This document shows, piece by piece, positions 13,815 to 27,412 of a stretch of DNA of 64,000 nt. The DNA is taken from positions 60,884,001 to 60,948,000 of the forward strand of contig OX597816.1 in assembly GCA_951406725.2 (NCBI GenBank). Reading direction: 5' to 3'. Position 1 is the first letter of the stretch. Each line of letters starts with the position of its first letter. Under the pieces are notes generated by a model. It ran no database searches and was not told the origin of the DNA. It saw nothing but the letters and a program-made list of their open reading frames with translations. The position numbers were made by a program, and so were the translations under genes. This stretch comes from Octopus vulgaris (taxonomy: Eukaryota).

Positions 13815-14022
13815 GCTGACAGAATCATTAGCATGCTGGGCAAAATACTTTACAGAATTTCATCTGCCTTTATGTTCTGAATTCAAATTCTGCTGAGGTC
13901 AGCTTTACCTTTCATCCTTTTGGGGTTGATAAAATAAATACCAGTTGAGCACTGGGGTTGACATATTGACTAGCCCCAACTCCCCTGAAATTGCTGGCCT
14001 TGTGCCAAAATTTGAAACCAAT
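13815..14022 (+). mobile_element. SINE family A, older subfamily
   Basis: gctgacagaatcattagcatgctgggcaaa...cctttcatccttttggggttgataaaataaataccag. Confidence 0.75.
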
Positions 14023-17000
14023 ATCTAATCGTGTCTTGTAAAGTGAAGACTGACTTATATACCAGAATATGAAGAATAACATTTCAAGTGAGTGGTGTTA
14101 ACCATCTCATCCTACAGTTCAGTTATATTATTTGATTTTATGATAAATGTTTATTTTTAGACTGGTAATTTCTCACCAGAAGCAGTGAAAACACAACTGA
14201 AAATATAACACTAGCCATCATTGTTTAGCCTGAGATCAATCCTGAGCAAGTGTGCCTATAATCAAAACCATTCTAGCTATGACCAATTTATCACATAGAT
14301 TATCATATAGTCTAAGACTATATTATTCAATATTCCCCTTTTTTTTATTAAGACAACAAGGTGTATTTTGAGGGATATTTAAGCAACCACATAGAGGGTC
14401 ACTCCTTCACAGGCTTGCGGTCCAAGTGTGCATGTGACATATGGCAACATTACATAATACAAAGTTGAATTTACTCACATCTTTATAAACTGACAAAAGA
14501 TTTGAAGACAAAACAGAAGAAACTGCAATACATCTCTTTGCACTTCATGCTCTCCCACATTGCACAAAGCATGCACCACCATATCCTGCACAACACACTG
14601 TATATACACCTATATACCACAATACAATGCTACACCACACCATCATACATCAGGATATGCCAGTCACATTGATTTATCCTTTCATTTTAGTCTAAACACA
14701 TCACACACCTCCTCCTCCTTATCCCCACTGCCTATATTTGATATTCGACATTGGTCAGCATTAAATATGTCCTAATTTATATTCCTGCTGAGCCAAATAA
14801 GAGCACATGATCAACTATGTATCTGACATCATTGTTGACTATAGGAAACACACTGTATACACTAAGTGGAACTTGTGTAAATTACAGAACCTATCCATCA
14901 TTTTCTTAAAAAACATATACTGACATATATATATTTTTCACATAGGTACAAGCTGTAAATAACTTTTCATAATCTGTCTCTTCTGCATGCTGAAAGATTG
15001 CTTTGAATTGAATATAAATGGTTTTTCCAAGTTTATCAAGCCAATTTACGAATTCACTGATTGTCTTAAATTTGAACACCATTGATGGTAACTGATTCTG
15101 GTTTACAATTCTTATCAAGGTTTGCTGTCTTAGCTAGCTTCTTGCATCACTTTGTAAATAATTTCAACAAAGCATCTCTGAATTGCAAAATAATGCTTGG
15201 TTTGAGTTTTTAAACAGAACTTTATTCCATCTGACATACAAAGACAGTATGAAATATAAAATAAAATTTTTTTAAATCTGAAAGTATTATAGGACTGACC
15301 CTACACTTCCTATTTACCATCATATATTCTTGTTTTAAACCTTTTTACATTGGCCTTACAAGTTAATACAAAAAAAAAATGTAAATGTTCAATGCTGTTT
15401 TACTCATCTCTCTAAAAGAATAAACCAGCCTTATAATTCAAATCAAATTTTCAAAAATACTCATGTATTTAATATTACCTTATCCAATGTATACTTCCAT
15501 TTTGAAGACAGTTGTGAGTGTTTTGAGGAAGATTTGACTGCTATTTATAGCTGGTCAAGCAATCAAAGAGGTTCCCTCATTGATTCTGCTAGTAGTAGTT
15601 TAGATGTATGACATTAACATTCCTCTCAGTCTACTGGTAACTCATTTGTGAGATTTAAACTTGTTACGAACAAATCAAATTAGGAAGAGCTAAGACTACA
15701 GTCGAGAAGTATGAAGAAGCAAATATTGATTATAAAAAGATTAAGGAGCTAAAGGCATCCTGCGACAGTAATGAAACTAAGAGAAAACTGGAAGCAGAAG
15801 AACAACTCAGAAAATGTAAGAACAGTGTTGAAATAATTGACCATATATATAGAAGTCCTTCTTACAAGTGATCTCATACACACACACACACCTACATACA
15901 TACAGTCTTAACATGCAGATCTATCATAGGAAATGATGACCAACAATCATATATAGATGACAAAAATAGAATATTATTTTCATCAATGATTTAACCAGTG
16001 GATATGACTAAGAAAAAACACAGACTATAACTATAGATAACAATATAATCAGAATAAAGTAAGCCTATACATCAGAAAAGATAACATATCTCAAATATTT
16101 AGGGAAATACCATTAATATATACACCAGCTATTTCTCTGTCTCAGTATCAATTGAAGTTGACTTGATAATCTGAACAGTAATACATTTCCGACATACTGA
16201 ACAAGGAGCATATTTTCCTGTTGTGAAAAACCAATTATTAATATATTTTGTATGTTAACATTCAACTCTGCTTCTATAAACAGGTTTTAGCTAAATCTCT
16301 CTTGTAACATCTTTATTGATTCCCCAATGAAAAACCTGAGTTCTCCAAATCAATGGATTAAATATATTTTGAGCCAAAAAAGGAAACCTCTGTATGGTAA
16401 CTCAATCTGCTAGAAATATAGCTACCATATCTTCCTCAAATCACACCCTATTATCTTAAAAACAGAATACAATAAGCATGATTATAGATATGTGATAAAT
16501 AGGATTGTCATAACTAGACTAGAACACCTTTGATAATAGACCTGTTTTATTATGGTTGACTGGAGTTAAACAACAATAACCATATTAAATGTATCATGAA
16601 ATAAGTGTTAGATGAACTAATATGTAAAGTACATTAGCTATTGCATGCAAAACTGACATTTAACAAATTCGTAGAGCAGGCATAGTCAATTATAATGACC
16701 TCAGTATTTGACTGGTACTTATCATTGTTGGAAGGATGAAAAGCATAGATGACACTGCAAGGAATTTAAACTCAAAATGGAGACATAATGAAGTGCAAAA
16801 AAGCATATTATTTGATGTTTTACCATTTCTGTCAATCCACCTGGTACTTTAAAACTAATTGAATTATATTTTACTAACAAACTAAAAGGGCTAACCAGCA
16901 AAATCTGATTATGTTAAAAACATATTAGGATAAGTTGGTAAAGTTGTAAAATTGGTAAAATTGATTTCTTTAAGAACACATTTTTCTATGGTACACACCA

Positions 17001-17889
17001 TATTTACTGGTATACATGTCAATGTAGTATTCAGTGCAAACATGTAGTATTAACATTCAAACATCATTATCTTCCCAAATTATGCTGCAGTTCACATGAA
17101 ACTTTTGGTCATCTTGGTGTATAAATCAACTTATCTTTTTTTAGCTGTAGGTTTTGGTTTGAAAAATTTGACGTGCATGCCAAAAAAATATGGTGAGTAT
17201 GAGCTGATTATCCAATATTTAGATAAACAAATTAGATAGATTTAGATAAGTAATATAAAATGGTATTAGACATTGTAAATTTCAACCTGACACAGAAAAG
17301 TACAACAGACTCACTGATATCATTAGGTCATAGCTCATCATCATGTTTTCATACTAGTAACTTTCCATGCTAGCATGGGTTGGACGGTTCGACCGGGATC
17401 TGGGAAGCCAGGAGGCTGCACCAGGCCCAGTCTGATGTGGCACATTTGTTGAAAATGTTAATTGATTCATTCATAATTTAAAATGTATTTTCTAAAATAT
17501 TATTTATCAAGAATAACTTTCAAAAGTCATATGAGCATGAATAGATACAAACTTATTACCATCAGGCAGCCTTCTCTTTGAAATTGATAAAAAAAATATA
17601 TATTTATAATTTGGTAAAGTTTTAAGGTACAGCAACCTAACATGGCTACTAGCAATTGGTTGAAACCAGTGAAACTATTTTTGAATAATTCAAAGTAATA
17701 AATTTTCCATCAAGTATCCTGGCAGACTGCCATTATAATTTTTTATATTCATACCAAAAGGTTATGCTAAAGGGCTGTATGATGTAGTAAATTTTGGATG
17801 CTTGTTTATTAGGTTATTATTCCTAAGAAAATGAAAAGTTTGAATGTAGATGGAGATATCCTTCTTAAATTATAAAACCATTTATGGCA

Positions 17890-18355
17890 CATATCAGCTT
17901 GGCTTAGCTTCATGCTCTTGCTTGATGGAGCTGGGGTCATTCCAAGTTAGTGATCCCAGAGGCATCACCATGCATAGAGCTGACCAGGTCCACCAGTACT
18001 CTCCATCACTGGCAGGTTCATACCAACCCCTCTGCATCCTCTAAAGAAACATCAAGCCTCTGGAGATCTTCCCCAGTCACATCCAGCCATCTGGTGCAGG
18101 GTTGACCATAAGAGCTATTCCAGTCCACAGTTGCTACATCAAATGAGAATAAAGCCCTGGTAGGATGATCTAGTGAGAGATAGAGGACAAGTCCATACCA
18201 GCACATGCGCTACAGCGCCATCTGGAAAATGAAGCTCTGCATCGACAACACATTGGTCCTCTCCATTCTCCTTTATGGAACAGAAACATGGCCCCTCTCA
18301 AAGATCCTGACAAAGAGGATTGATAGCTCTAATAGCAGAGCCCTGAAAGACATAA
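17890..18355 (-). mobile_element. Decayed RTE-type LINE 3' fragment with inverted 5' segment
   Basis: Minus strand translates WYGLVL...GQPCTRWLDVTGEDL. The adjacent plus strand (18205-18355) translates KL..NTLVLSILLYGTETWPLSKILTKRIDS..SRAL, the ORF2 segment that normally precedes it. Confidence 0.7.
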
Positions 18356-18579
18356 TATCAGATGGTGTACCATCACGCTTCCAACAAAGTATCAAATGTT
18401 CACATTTTATATTGCTATATCACTATCTTTACTGTTCTCTTAAAAAAAAAAGCCTTGATTCCCTGTATCAAATAAACATATATTAGTAATTTTCTTATGA
18501 AGTTGATATAAAAAAAACTCACCTAAGCATGTGTTATTTTACTTCCCTGTTCTTCATCTACAATTTCCTTTAAATTAGA

Positions 18580-18710
18580 CTATACACTTCTTCACCTCTA
18601 GAGTACACACTTCTCCACCTACTATGTTCATTCTTCTCCACCCTTATGTATACACTTCTCCATTCACAATATACACACTTTTCCAACTACAGAGTGTATA
18701 CTTCTCTATT
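18580..18710. repeat. About 23-bp minisatellite
   Basis: Repeated tatacacttctcca-like units. Confidence 0.65.
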
Positions 18711-21103
18711 CATTAATTAATTCAAATTCTTTCATATAGGAGTACCTTAGATTCATTTTTTTACTTTGTTTTAGCAAACAAGATGGAGCACTGCCTGTTG
18801 TAACCTTAAGATTGAATATGATTAAAAGCTACACAGTTTGTAAATTTTAATTGTTTTCAGTAACAATATTCTAAATAATGTTGATAATTTCATACACACA
18901 CACACACAAATTCCCATCCAGATTGCTTTAACACAAAGTTTAGAACATGCATACACACACACACGCACACATTGGGCTTCTGCTTAGTTTATGTTTACCA
19001 AATTCTTCTAGTCACAAGGCATTGGTTAATACAAGACTAAAGTAGAAGACACTTGTTCAAAGCACCATAGAGAGCAGTTGAACCTGTAACCATGTGCTTG
19101 CAAAATAAGCTTCTAAACCACCCAGTCAAGCCTGCGCACATGTGTGTGTGTCTTCATGTGTTTTTGTGAATGTATATTGGTAAGGAAGGAAAGAAAAAAG
19201 ATACCCCCTCCCAAAAAAAAAAACAGTGTTCTTCAAACGAAGACACGTGTAATGCTTGTTCTGCATCAAATTCAACATTACTTTGATGTTCTCACCATCA
19301 GAAATTCAGTAAACCAATTGTGATGTAAAATAAAAGTAGACACACACATATACATACACACACACACACACGTGCATACATGCACACATTCTGTTTGTCT
19401 GTTCAACATTTCCAAGAAAGAATCACCTGTTATTACGAAGCCATTACTCTCTGTGCAATAATGCATCACTGTTTCAGTGGTGTTCAGTAATAATTCACCA
19501 ATAATTACTTCAATCAAAAGTGATTTTACAAAGAAAAGTTATTATACTTCCTCACACCTTACATCATATAAACAATGTATTTAGAAAGATTCATGTGAAC
19601 CAAGTTTTGCTACTGTATAAAGATAAATAATACATTTGTATCATGAGAAAATACAAGCTAATATGAGAAACTAAAAAAAAAGAAAGAAAAAACACAGTAC
19701 GAAAGAAAAGAATAGTGAACATTTGTTTAGAAGGTTAGATGGCTGTTCAAAAGTTAGAATGAATATTAGCATGAATTTATGGATCCGGTGACATATAGCT
19801 GTATTTCATTCTTGGTGACAGCCACTTAAGTAAAGAAGCAAGTAATACCTGCTTTTAGTTAAGTAGCAACATGAATCAAATAGTCATGTTCCTTGCCTAA
19901 GGTTCCAATATAGTAACTATTATAGAAATCAAATCAGTATATAAAACTTCCAAAATGATGCTGACACCATACTTCCATTATAGGTCTGAATAAATTTACA
20001 AAATATATAACTATTGAATAGAATTTCATTCTAAAAGCCTGTAATAATGCATAAAAGAACCAGAAATATACATCAGACTTTGATATCACTTCTTTTCAAA
20101 ATGAATGTAATCTTTCCTGAAAATGTTTCTTAAATCAATGAAGAATAAAAAGCATGACTTGTCTTTAATGGTTACATAAAACCTAAGAAAAGAATCAAAC
20201 TGTTTTGTTTTTTTTTTTTTTTTTTTTACCTTAAGTATAAAACCAAGAATAAAATATTAGAAGAAACAGGATAAATAAATAACTAGGTTAGCAGGAATTT
20301 CAAAAACATTACAACATATGGGAGAATATATTAAAAAAAGAAATTCTTGTGATGTCTAGCTAAATGAACTACACAGTTATACAGAAGAAAAAACTGCTGT
20401 GTTGACAATGTGTCATAGAAAAACTAACATTGAAACATTGAAAAAGGAAAGACGAAACTTTGTTGAGAAAAGGTTGTCAAGTGAGAAGTGATTAAAGCAA
20501 TGAAAAGATTGAACACTGACACAATTAGGTAGCTAACATAATGTAAGAGATGTAAGGTCATAAAGAAGCTTTAAAATAAACAATGGAGTTGCAACAATTA
20601 AAGATTGATGTCAATGATAAAAAGATTACAGGGTAGGAATGCCTGTCATTCATTAAAAATAAGAAGCGGGGGTGGGTGGGGTGAATAGCATGAAACAAGT
20701 ATTTCAGTAGGACAACAACTTTCCACAAAGCTAGAACTAATTAATTGAACCTTTTGTTAAGAACAATTAAGGATATTTCATTAGGTTTAGTAATATAACA
20801 ATAACAAACATCTGTTTAATTAAATAGAAATGTATCCAAATATTTCATATATATATATATATAAAATATAATTAAGATTTTGTTGAATTAGGCACTTAAA
20901 TTGAGGCACCTTGTTGGGTCGGTATAAGCCGCACACCCAAACAGTATTAAGTGAATACTGAATATCAAAACTCTGTGCATGAGTGTTTGCACCTGATATC
21001 CCTGCTGTGTGTGCAGACAACACAACCCAGCTGAGTGAAGAGATCTGATCTTGGTAGTCCAGACATGTACTTCATATAAAGATACTTTCTATAGTATCTA
21101 TAG

Positions 21104-21149
<46 letters not shown>

Positions 21150-21150
<1 letters not shown>

Positions 21151-21287
21151 TTATTTCTGAGTCCCTTTCTGTAGAAGAGTGTAGGCTCAAAACATAAAAG
21201 ACTTTTTCTATTCCTGAGCGTTATACTAATACATCTATTTGTTTTGTACACCACCTGTCTTCGTCTTCTGTTTTATTCGTAAACTCT

Positions 21288-21290
<3 letters not shown>
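21150..21290 (+). mobile_element. Short (TA)n-embedded element with minimal hammerhead-like motif (Penelope-like LTR fragment)
   Basis: cttt CTGTAGA agag tgtagg ctc (G>A)AAAC ata aaag at 21165-21200. Same family as 27413-27600 and related to 6170-6280. Confidence 0.55.
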
Positions 21291-21335
<45 letters not shown>

Positions 21336-22414
21336 TAATAATAATAATAATAATATAAATAATATATATATATGTATATATATGTATATGTACATACATC
21401 TATATGTATATATTTATATATATATATATATATATATATGCATATGTGGGTACAGGACCACAAAAAAATACGAAGCATGAGTACATGAAACATAAACTAT
21501 TCTTTCGAACAACGACACAAATGGAAAATAAAAACAACATAAAGAATGACCCCTCATCAGTTGTTGGCTGTTTTTTTAGTCTCATATTTCAAGCATTTAA
21601 CAACAATATACACTTTCATATATATATATATATATATATATATGCAGGTCACAATATATGGATTGAGCTAATCTGATGGTGTTCATGAAAAAAGCTCCTT
21701 AATGTATCATTCTACAAAACACATAGAATATATAGTATGATACAAAATAAAGCATAAGGAGTGTATAAAATTATAAATCGACATCAGATGTAGAGGATTC
21801 GTTGAACACAGTGTGAGGTGACTGTTGTTGTAGGGCCTAATTCATTGTAAAGCAAATAGCACCATGTGTGATATCCAAACTACAGTGGAAAAGACAAGCC
21901 CCTGGTTTTGGTTAAAAAGAGATGATGAGTAATGGCTAAAAGAATATTAAGCTATATCTAATAACCAGTTGATCTACCAAGCAGGGTCTCATTTCAGTGA
22001 GGGGTGCCGGTGTGCAATGATGCCATGGAGAGGTAGGCCCTGAAATGGTGCACATTTTCTCCTGATGACCCCATACATTAGCTGGCTTCTGGCATGTGGA
22101 GCTTTCGACTGGTAGCACTTGCATGGGCAAGTTGATTGCAAAACATCATATATATATATATATATATATATATGATCATTTGTAGAAAACATAAATCCGG
22201 AGAAGAAGCACACTCTAAGATGCAGAGCAGTGTATATTTAATATATATATTATATATTATATATATAACAATAATAATATTAGGGAGTATAACTCCAAAC
22301 TTACAGGGAAAGTGTTTTTACTTATTATATTATATTTATCATTCATTTTATACTTTTTGGAAAAATTAAAATATATATATAAAATATATAAAAATTTATA
22401 TATTATATTAATTA

Positions 22415-22797
22415 TCTCTCTATATATAAACGGCAGTTTGTCTGTGCGTGTTTCTGTGTGTCTGTTTGGTTGTACCCTCACCCTGACCACGGCTTTCAAC
22501 CGATTCTGATGAAACTTGACACACACATAGCTCAATGTCATAATTCAAAACTAACGCAGCGAAAATTTTGAAAAGTTCCCCCAGTTCTGAAAAAAATCGA
22601 TAAATTCGACATGGGGTCGAGAATCAGAAACACAAACCGCAAACTGTCTAGGGGACGCAACTCCACCTTTTTTACTCTCAAAAAAAATTTACCATCATTT
22701 TTTTCCATTTTTTTGCTATTTTTTGGCTATAACTCTCTAAAAATGCTTTATAGTTATTTCCCTTACAAACCTGAGCAACGCCGGGTGATACTGCTAG
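22415..22797 (+). mobile_element. Non-autonomous Helitron
   Basis: 5' TC (a|tctctctatatataaa), hairpin cctgagcaacgccggg and 3' CTAG|t. Same 3' end as 2709-3161. Confidence 0.8.
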
Positions 22798-23141
22798 TAT
22801 ATATTATTTGTTATTTATGTATTGGTTTATGTCTATCACTATTTGAGTTGCATAATAGTGGTTTTATCTCTAATTCATATTATATATATATATATATATA
22901 TATATAAATTTGAAAAGTGTCCTGGGAACTCTGAAAGTTCATCTCATGGTTGATCATAATAATTACTGTGATCAATTGCAATATGGAATTTTCAAGCTCC
23001 AAAGTTTGTAATGATTCTTTTCAGCTTAATTAATAAATATTCTCTACTCTGCTATAAGCTGAAATTGAATTCTTTAATTGAATTCTCCTGAACAAACATA
23101 TCCTTATATATATGCAAGTTATAGCTGTAAACTAGACTTAC

Positions 23142-23314
23142 CATGAGCGAAATCATCTTTGAAGGTGACATTGCCTTTTTCAATGACGTCAGTAAAGGAC
23201 GGCCAACCACACCCTGAGTGAAACTTGGTATCAGAAGCAAAAAGTTTATTCCCACACACAACACATGTGAATATTCCTTCTTCATTCCAACTAAGAAATT
23301 TGCCAGAGTAGGCC
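23142..23314 (-). CDS. MSRB3: Methionine-R-sulfoxide reductase B (MSRB3-like), second coding exon
   Basis: Acceptor tctttctctttactag|G completes AGG (Arg) with the previous exon. Translates AYSGKFLSWNEEGIFTCVVCGNKLFASDTKFHSGCGWPSFTDVIEKGNVTFKDDFAH(G), containing the first Zn-binding CxxC and the GxGWPSF MsrB motif. Donor CATG|GTAAGT at 23142/23141 (phase 1). Confidence 0.95.
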
Positions 23315-24280
23315 CTAGTAAAGAGAAAGAAATACAACACTTAAATACTTAGAAACCAGAACAACAAAATGTCAATGAAAAAAAATTCCATTTTTTTTTT
23401 TTTTACCAAATCCTTTACAATTTTTTTATATATTTCATATCCTTATTTTTTGCATCAAAGTCAACTTCAAGATCAGTCCAACCTGTTTCTCAACTCAATG
23501 AAAACTTAAACATTTTGCCATCTATAGTCACAATTTTGCATCCTTTGTGTTCCATCTATAAATCTTTGTGAGTACATAGTACAATAGACAAGTAAGTTAT
23601 AAAGAGTAGCAATAACATCCCAGCTAGAATCATTACCCATATCCTGAATGTTGAGTGTCAATTTTTGTTATCTTCCCCTTCTCTTCAAGATGATATTTAC
23701 ATCTTATTGACTCATTGGTTGTCACACCCAAATAATCATCTAGAAATGTCACCAGGAAGTAACCCAGGAAGAAGCTTTTCTGGTTAAAAAGGGAGATATT
23801 TATATGTGTTCTACATTGGACAAAATTCATATAGTTTATAAATATCTTCAGTAATGTATAAGTCAACCCAAAAACAAGTTGATATTTCTCTATCTCCTCG
23901 TATCCAATATCTTGATATCAGCAGCAAATTAACTTAGAATCAGAAATTATTTTCAGAGGATAAAGGAATAAGTCTGTTGCTTCTATTATAGCACTATTTT
24001 GGAAGGAGGAGTATCGTAGATACAGCATTTAGAGCATTTTTATTTTGAATTAAAGAACTAAGTGAAACAAATAATTAAAAAATGAATGAAATATTTCTGG
24101 ATTCAACATCATCTACACTTTAATATCAAATTTTTCATGTAAGCAATGGATGAGATAGATCTCTCTCTGTACATCGTAATCTTATTTCTATATATGTTGA
24201 ATATTTCTGATTTCATATATCATTATATATCCTGATTATTTCTGATCTCAAATATTTATATCTATCTATCAATATATATA

Positions 24281-24900
24281 TCATCATCATCATCATTGTT
24301 TAACATCCGTTTTCCATGGACGGTTTGACCGGGGTCTGGGAAGCACCAGGCTCCAGTCTGATCTGGCAGTGTTTCTACAGCTGGATGCCCTTCCTAACGC
24401 CAACCACTCCATGAGTGTAGTGGGTGCTTTTTATGTGCCACTGGCACAGGTGCCAGGGGAGGCTGGCAACAGCCACGATCGGCTGGTGCTTTTTATGTGC
24501 CACTGGCATGGAAGCCAGTCAAGGCGGCGCTGGCATCGGCCATGTACGGATGGTGCATTTTACATACCACCGGCACAAGTATCACGACTACAATTTCCAT
24601 TTGATATTTATTTTGATGTTGATGTACTTGACTCAATAGGTCTCCTCAAGCACAGCAGGTCATGTGCCACCAGCACAGAAGCCAGTCAAGGTGGCACTGG
24701 CATCAGCCACGTTCGGATGGTGCTTTTTACGTGCCACAGGCACAGGTATCACAACTACAATTTCCATTTGATTTTTTTGATGTTGATGGTGATGTACTTG
24801 ACTCAATAGGTCTCCTCAAGCACAGCAGGTCACCCTATGATCAAAGGTAAGTACAGCGGGTCGTCCTGCGATCCAAGGCACTTTGGAAGGGCTGGGGCTT
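24281..24900 (-). mobile_element. RTE LINE 3'-UTR-derived fragment with internal duplication
   Basis: (GAT)n tail and similarity to 46216-46800. A block of about 170 bp (cacXggcac...actcaataggtctcctcaagcacagcaggtca) is duplicated in tandem. Confidence 0.75.
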
Positions 24901-25059
24901 CTAATTTTTTTTCTAGTTTGAATATTTAATGCTCTGTACATCAAATATATTAACTGTGCATTCAGAGTTCCAGTCATGTCTCCTCTCTTTGGAAGCTTTA
25001 AAAAAATTTTAAATGTTTATTCTTCCGACTGGAGTTGTGATTAATGGATAGTATCAACA

Positions 25060-25480
25060 GGTCTTCACAGGTAGAGTTTAGTGTCCAATGAAGGAAAAGT
25101 ATGCATAAGTGGGCTGGTTACACCCCTGGCATAGGCCACAGGTTATGGTCTCATTTGGCTTGCTGGGTCTTCTCAAGCACAGCATATTTCCAAAAGTCTC
25201 GGTCACTAGTCATTTCCTTGGTGAGGCCTAATGTTCAAAGGTCGTGCTTCACCACTTGATCCCAGGTCTTCCTGGGTCTCTATCCACATCCATTCTCATC
25301 ACATGACCATACCAGCGCAGTTGTCTCTCTTGCACACCACATCTGATGCTTCTTAGGTCCAACTTTTCTCTCAAGGTACTTACACTCTGTCGAGTATGCA
25401 CGCTGACATTACACATCCATTGGATCATACTGGATTCATTCCTTGCGAGCTTATGCATGTCCTCAGCAGTCATGGCCCAT
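25060..25480 (-). pseudogene. RTE LINE ORF2 C-terminal fragment
   Basis: MTAEDMHKLARNESSMIQWMCNVSVHTRQSVSTLREKLDLRSIRCGVQERQLRWYGHVMRM, nearly the same as the C-terminus of the 46827-48950 ORF. Confidence 0.9.
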
Positions 25481-27171
25481 ACTTTATTTTATTGACCCCA
25501 GAAGAATGAAAGGCTAAGCTGGACTTGGCAGGACTTGAACCCAGGATATAGATGGAAATCAATCCATCACTCTACTTTGCCATGAAAGTGCACAGCCTTG
25601 TGGTTAGGGTGTTCAGCTTATAATCATTAAGGCTGTAAGATCAATTCCTGAATCTGGTAGCATGTTGTGTTCTGGAGCATTTCACATTCTCCCCTCAAAT
25701 ATAACTAAAGTCACAGAAAACCATGAACACCACCACATCAAATAGCTGTATAAATTTTAAGTATATCATTTTCAAACTAGTTATTACTATTGTCTCAATG
25801 GTCCTGTTTGTAAAGGCATACAGACATAGCAACACATATACCCCTTGCACAAAGGATCAATCTTGGCCTATGGCCTATACTGATTGTGTTTTTTTTCTTC
25901 CCCCTTTTAACACATCTCTAGAGAAAAATAAAACTAAATGAGATCATATCACTAATCCCTACCTGAGACTGAAACCTCCATCTACTCCACTGTCTGGTGT
26001 CACCAGACACCCTTATCCACTGGGCCACAGGGCCAGTAATACTACTTATACAAAATATGGGATATTTAAATCTATTCTAATGATTGGTTATTGATTACAT
26101 TAGTCTGATAGGTTTAAATACATCATTTTCAAACTAGTTATTGCTGTTGTCTCAATGGTCCCGTGGGTGGAGACAATAGCAAGCAATATAGAAGCATCCT
26201 GATACAGAGTTCAATCTTGTCCCTAGGCATGCACTGAAGGGTGGTTTTTTTTTTGCAGTTGAGTGGGGCTGACCTGGGGTACCTTCTAGAAGGTTTTAGT
26301 TAAATAAATCGATCCCTGTAATTATTTTTTTCAAGGCTGGTCCTTATTCTATCAGCCTCTTTCACTGAATCATTAAATCCAAGTAAAAATTATCCACCCC
26401 CTTCTTTTTCCCCTCCTATCTAACTAGATAGAAAACATGTAAATATTTAATAAAACTCTTTTATAATACTTGGCAGAGATTGAAACCCTCCACCTCAACA
26501 TATGCCTCTGCTTATAAAGCACCTTTACCCACAATATATATATATGTGATATTGATTATTGCTAAAAACACACCTCTCTCTACATATTGACTATTTCTGA
26601 TACTACATCTCTCCATATATCTTGGTTATTTCTGAAACCCCAAATTTTAACTTATCTACATATTTCCATAACATGTTTGGACCCATCTATAACCAATGTA
26701 CCCTTTGCCTTCAACCAACCTTTACATTTCTTTTGTACCTAGCATGTAATCAAGCCAATAAAAAAATAAGAATATGGTCACTAAACCTGCTAGAAATAAC
26801 AACAAAATCTTCTTCAAATCACAGCAAAAAAAAAAAATAGAAAAGTAATAGCTGAAATGCCTTTGTTCATTTGACTGTAAGATTAGAACCAACTAAGAGC
26901 TAAATAATGACAATTCAACATGTATCTTCTACTCATGTAGCACAGTCAAACTAGTGAAGATGTTTATCATATAAACATTGGCTACTGTCATTGATGTTCC
27001 ACTACCTTCTCAGCTGATTTGTCTTCAATTTTTCTTGTTAACAATGAACATTCAACAGATCATCAGAGAATTCTAAGCAACAGACGAATGTCACTTGTAA
27101 GTCTTCATCTCAGTTTTTAACAACTGGAATATTCCTAAGCAGCACTTGTATGTATATATATATATATAAAA

Positions 27172-27402
27172 GGCGGCGAGCTGGCAGAATCGTTAGCACG
27201 CCGGGCGAAATGCGTAGCCGTATTTCGTCTGTCGTTACATTCTGAGTTCAAATTCCGCCGAGGTCGACTTTGCCTTTCATCCTCTCGGGGTCGATAAATA
27301 AAAGTACCAGTTTCGCACTGGGTCGATGTAATCGACTTAATCCCTTTGTCTGTCCTTGTTTGTCCCCTCTATGTTTAGCCCCTTGTGGGTAGTAAAGAAA
27401 TA
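27172..27402 (+). mobile_element. SINE family A, young copy in (TA)n
   Basis: Complete ggcggcgagctggcagaa...gtgggtagtaaagaaata with CpGs retained. Confidence 0.9.
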
Positions 27403-27412
27403 TATATATATA

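Noticed and set aside
18516-18570. Perfect minus-strand donor TAG|GTGAGT as a possible third MSRB3 exon
   Set aside because: There is no good acceptor, the joined frames hit stops, and no MsrB motif is encoded.
24369-24850. Overlapping 60-146-aa ORFs (also 46267-46861 and 53182-53433)
   Set aside because: They are GC-richer RTE 3'-UTR repeats, open by composition.
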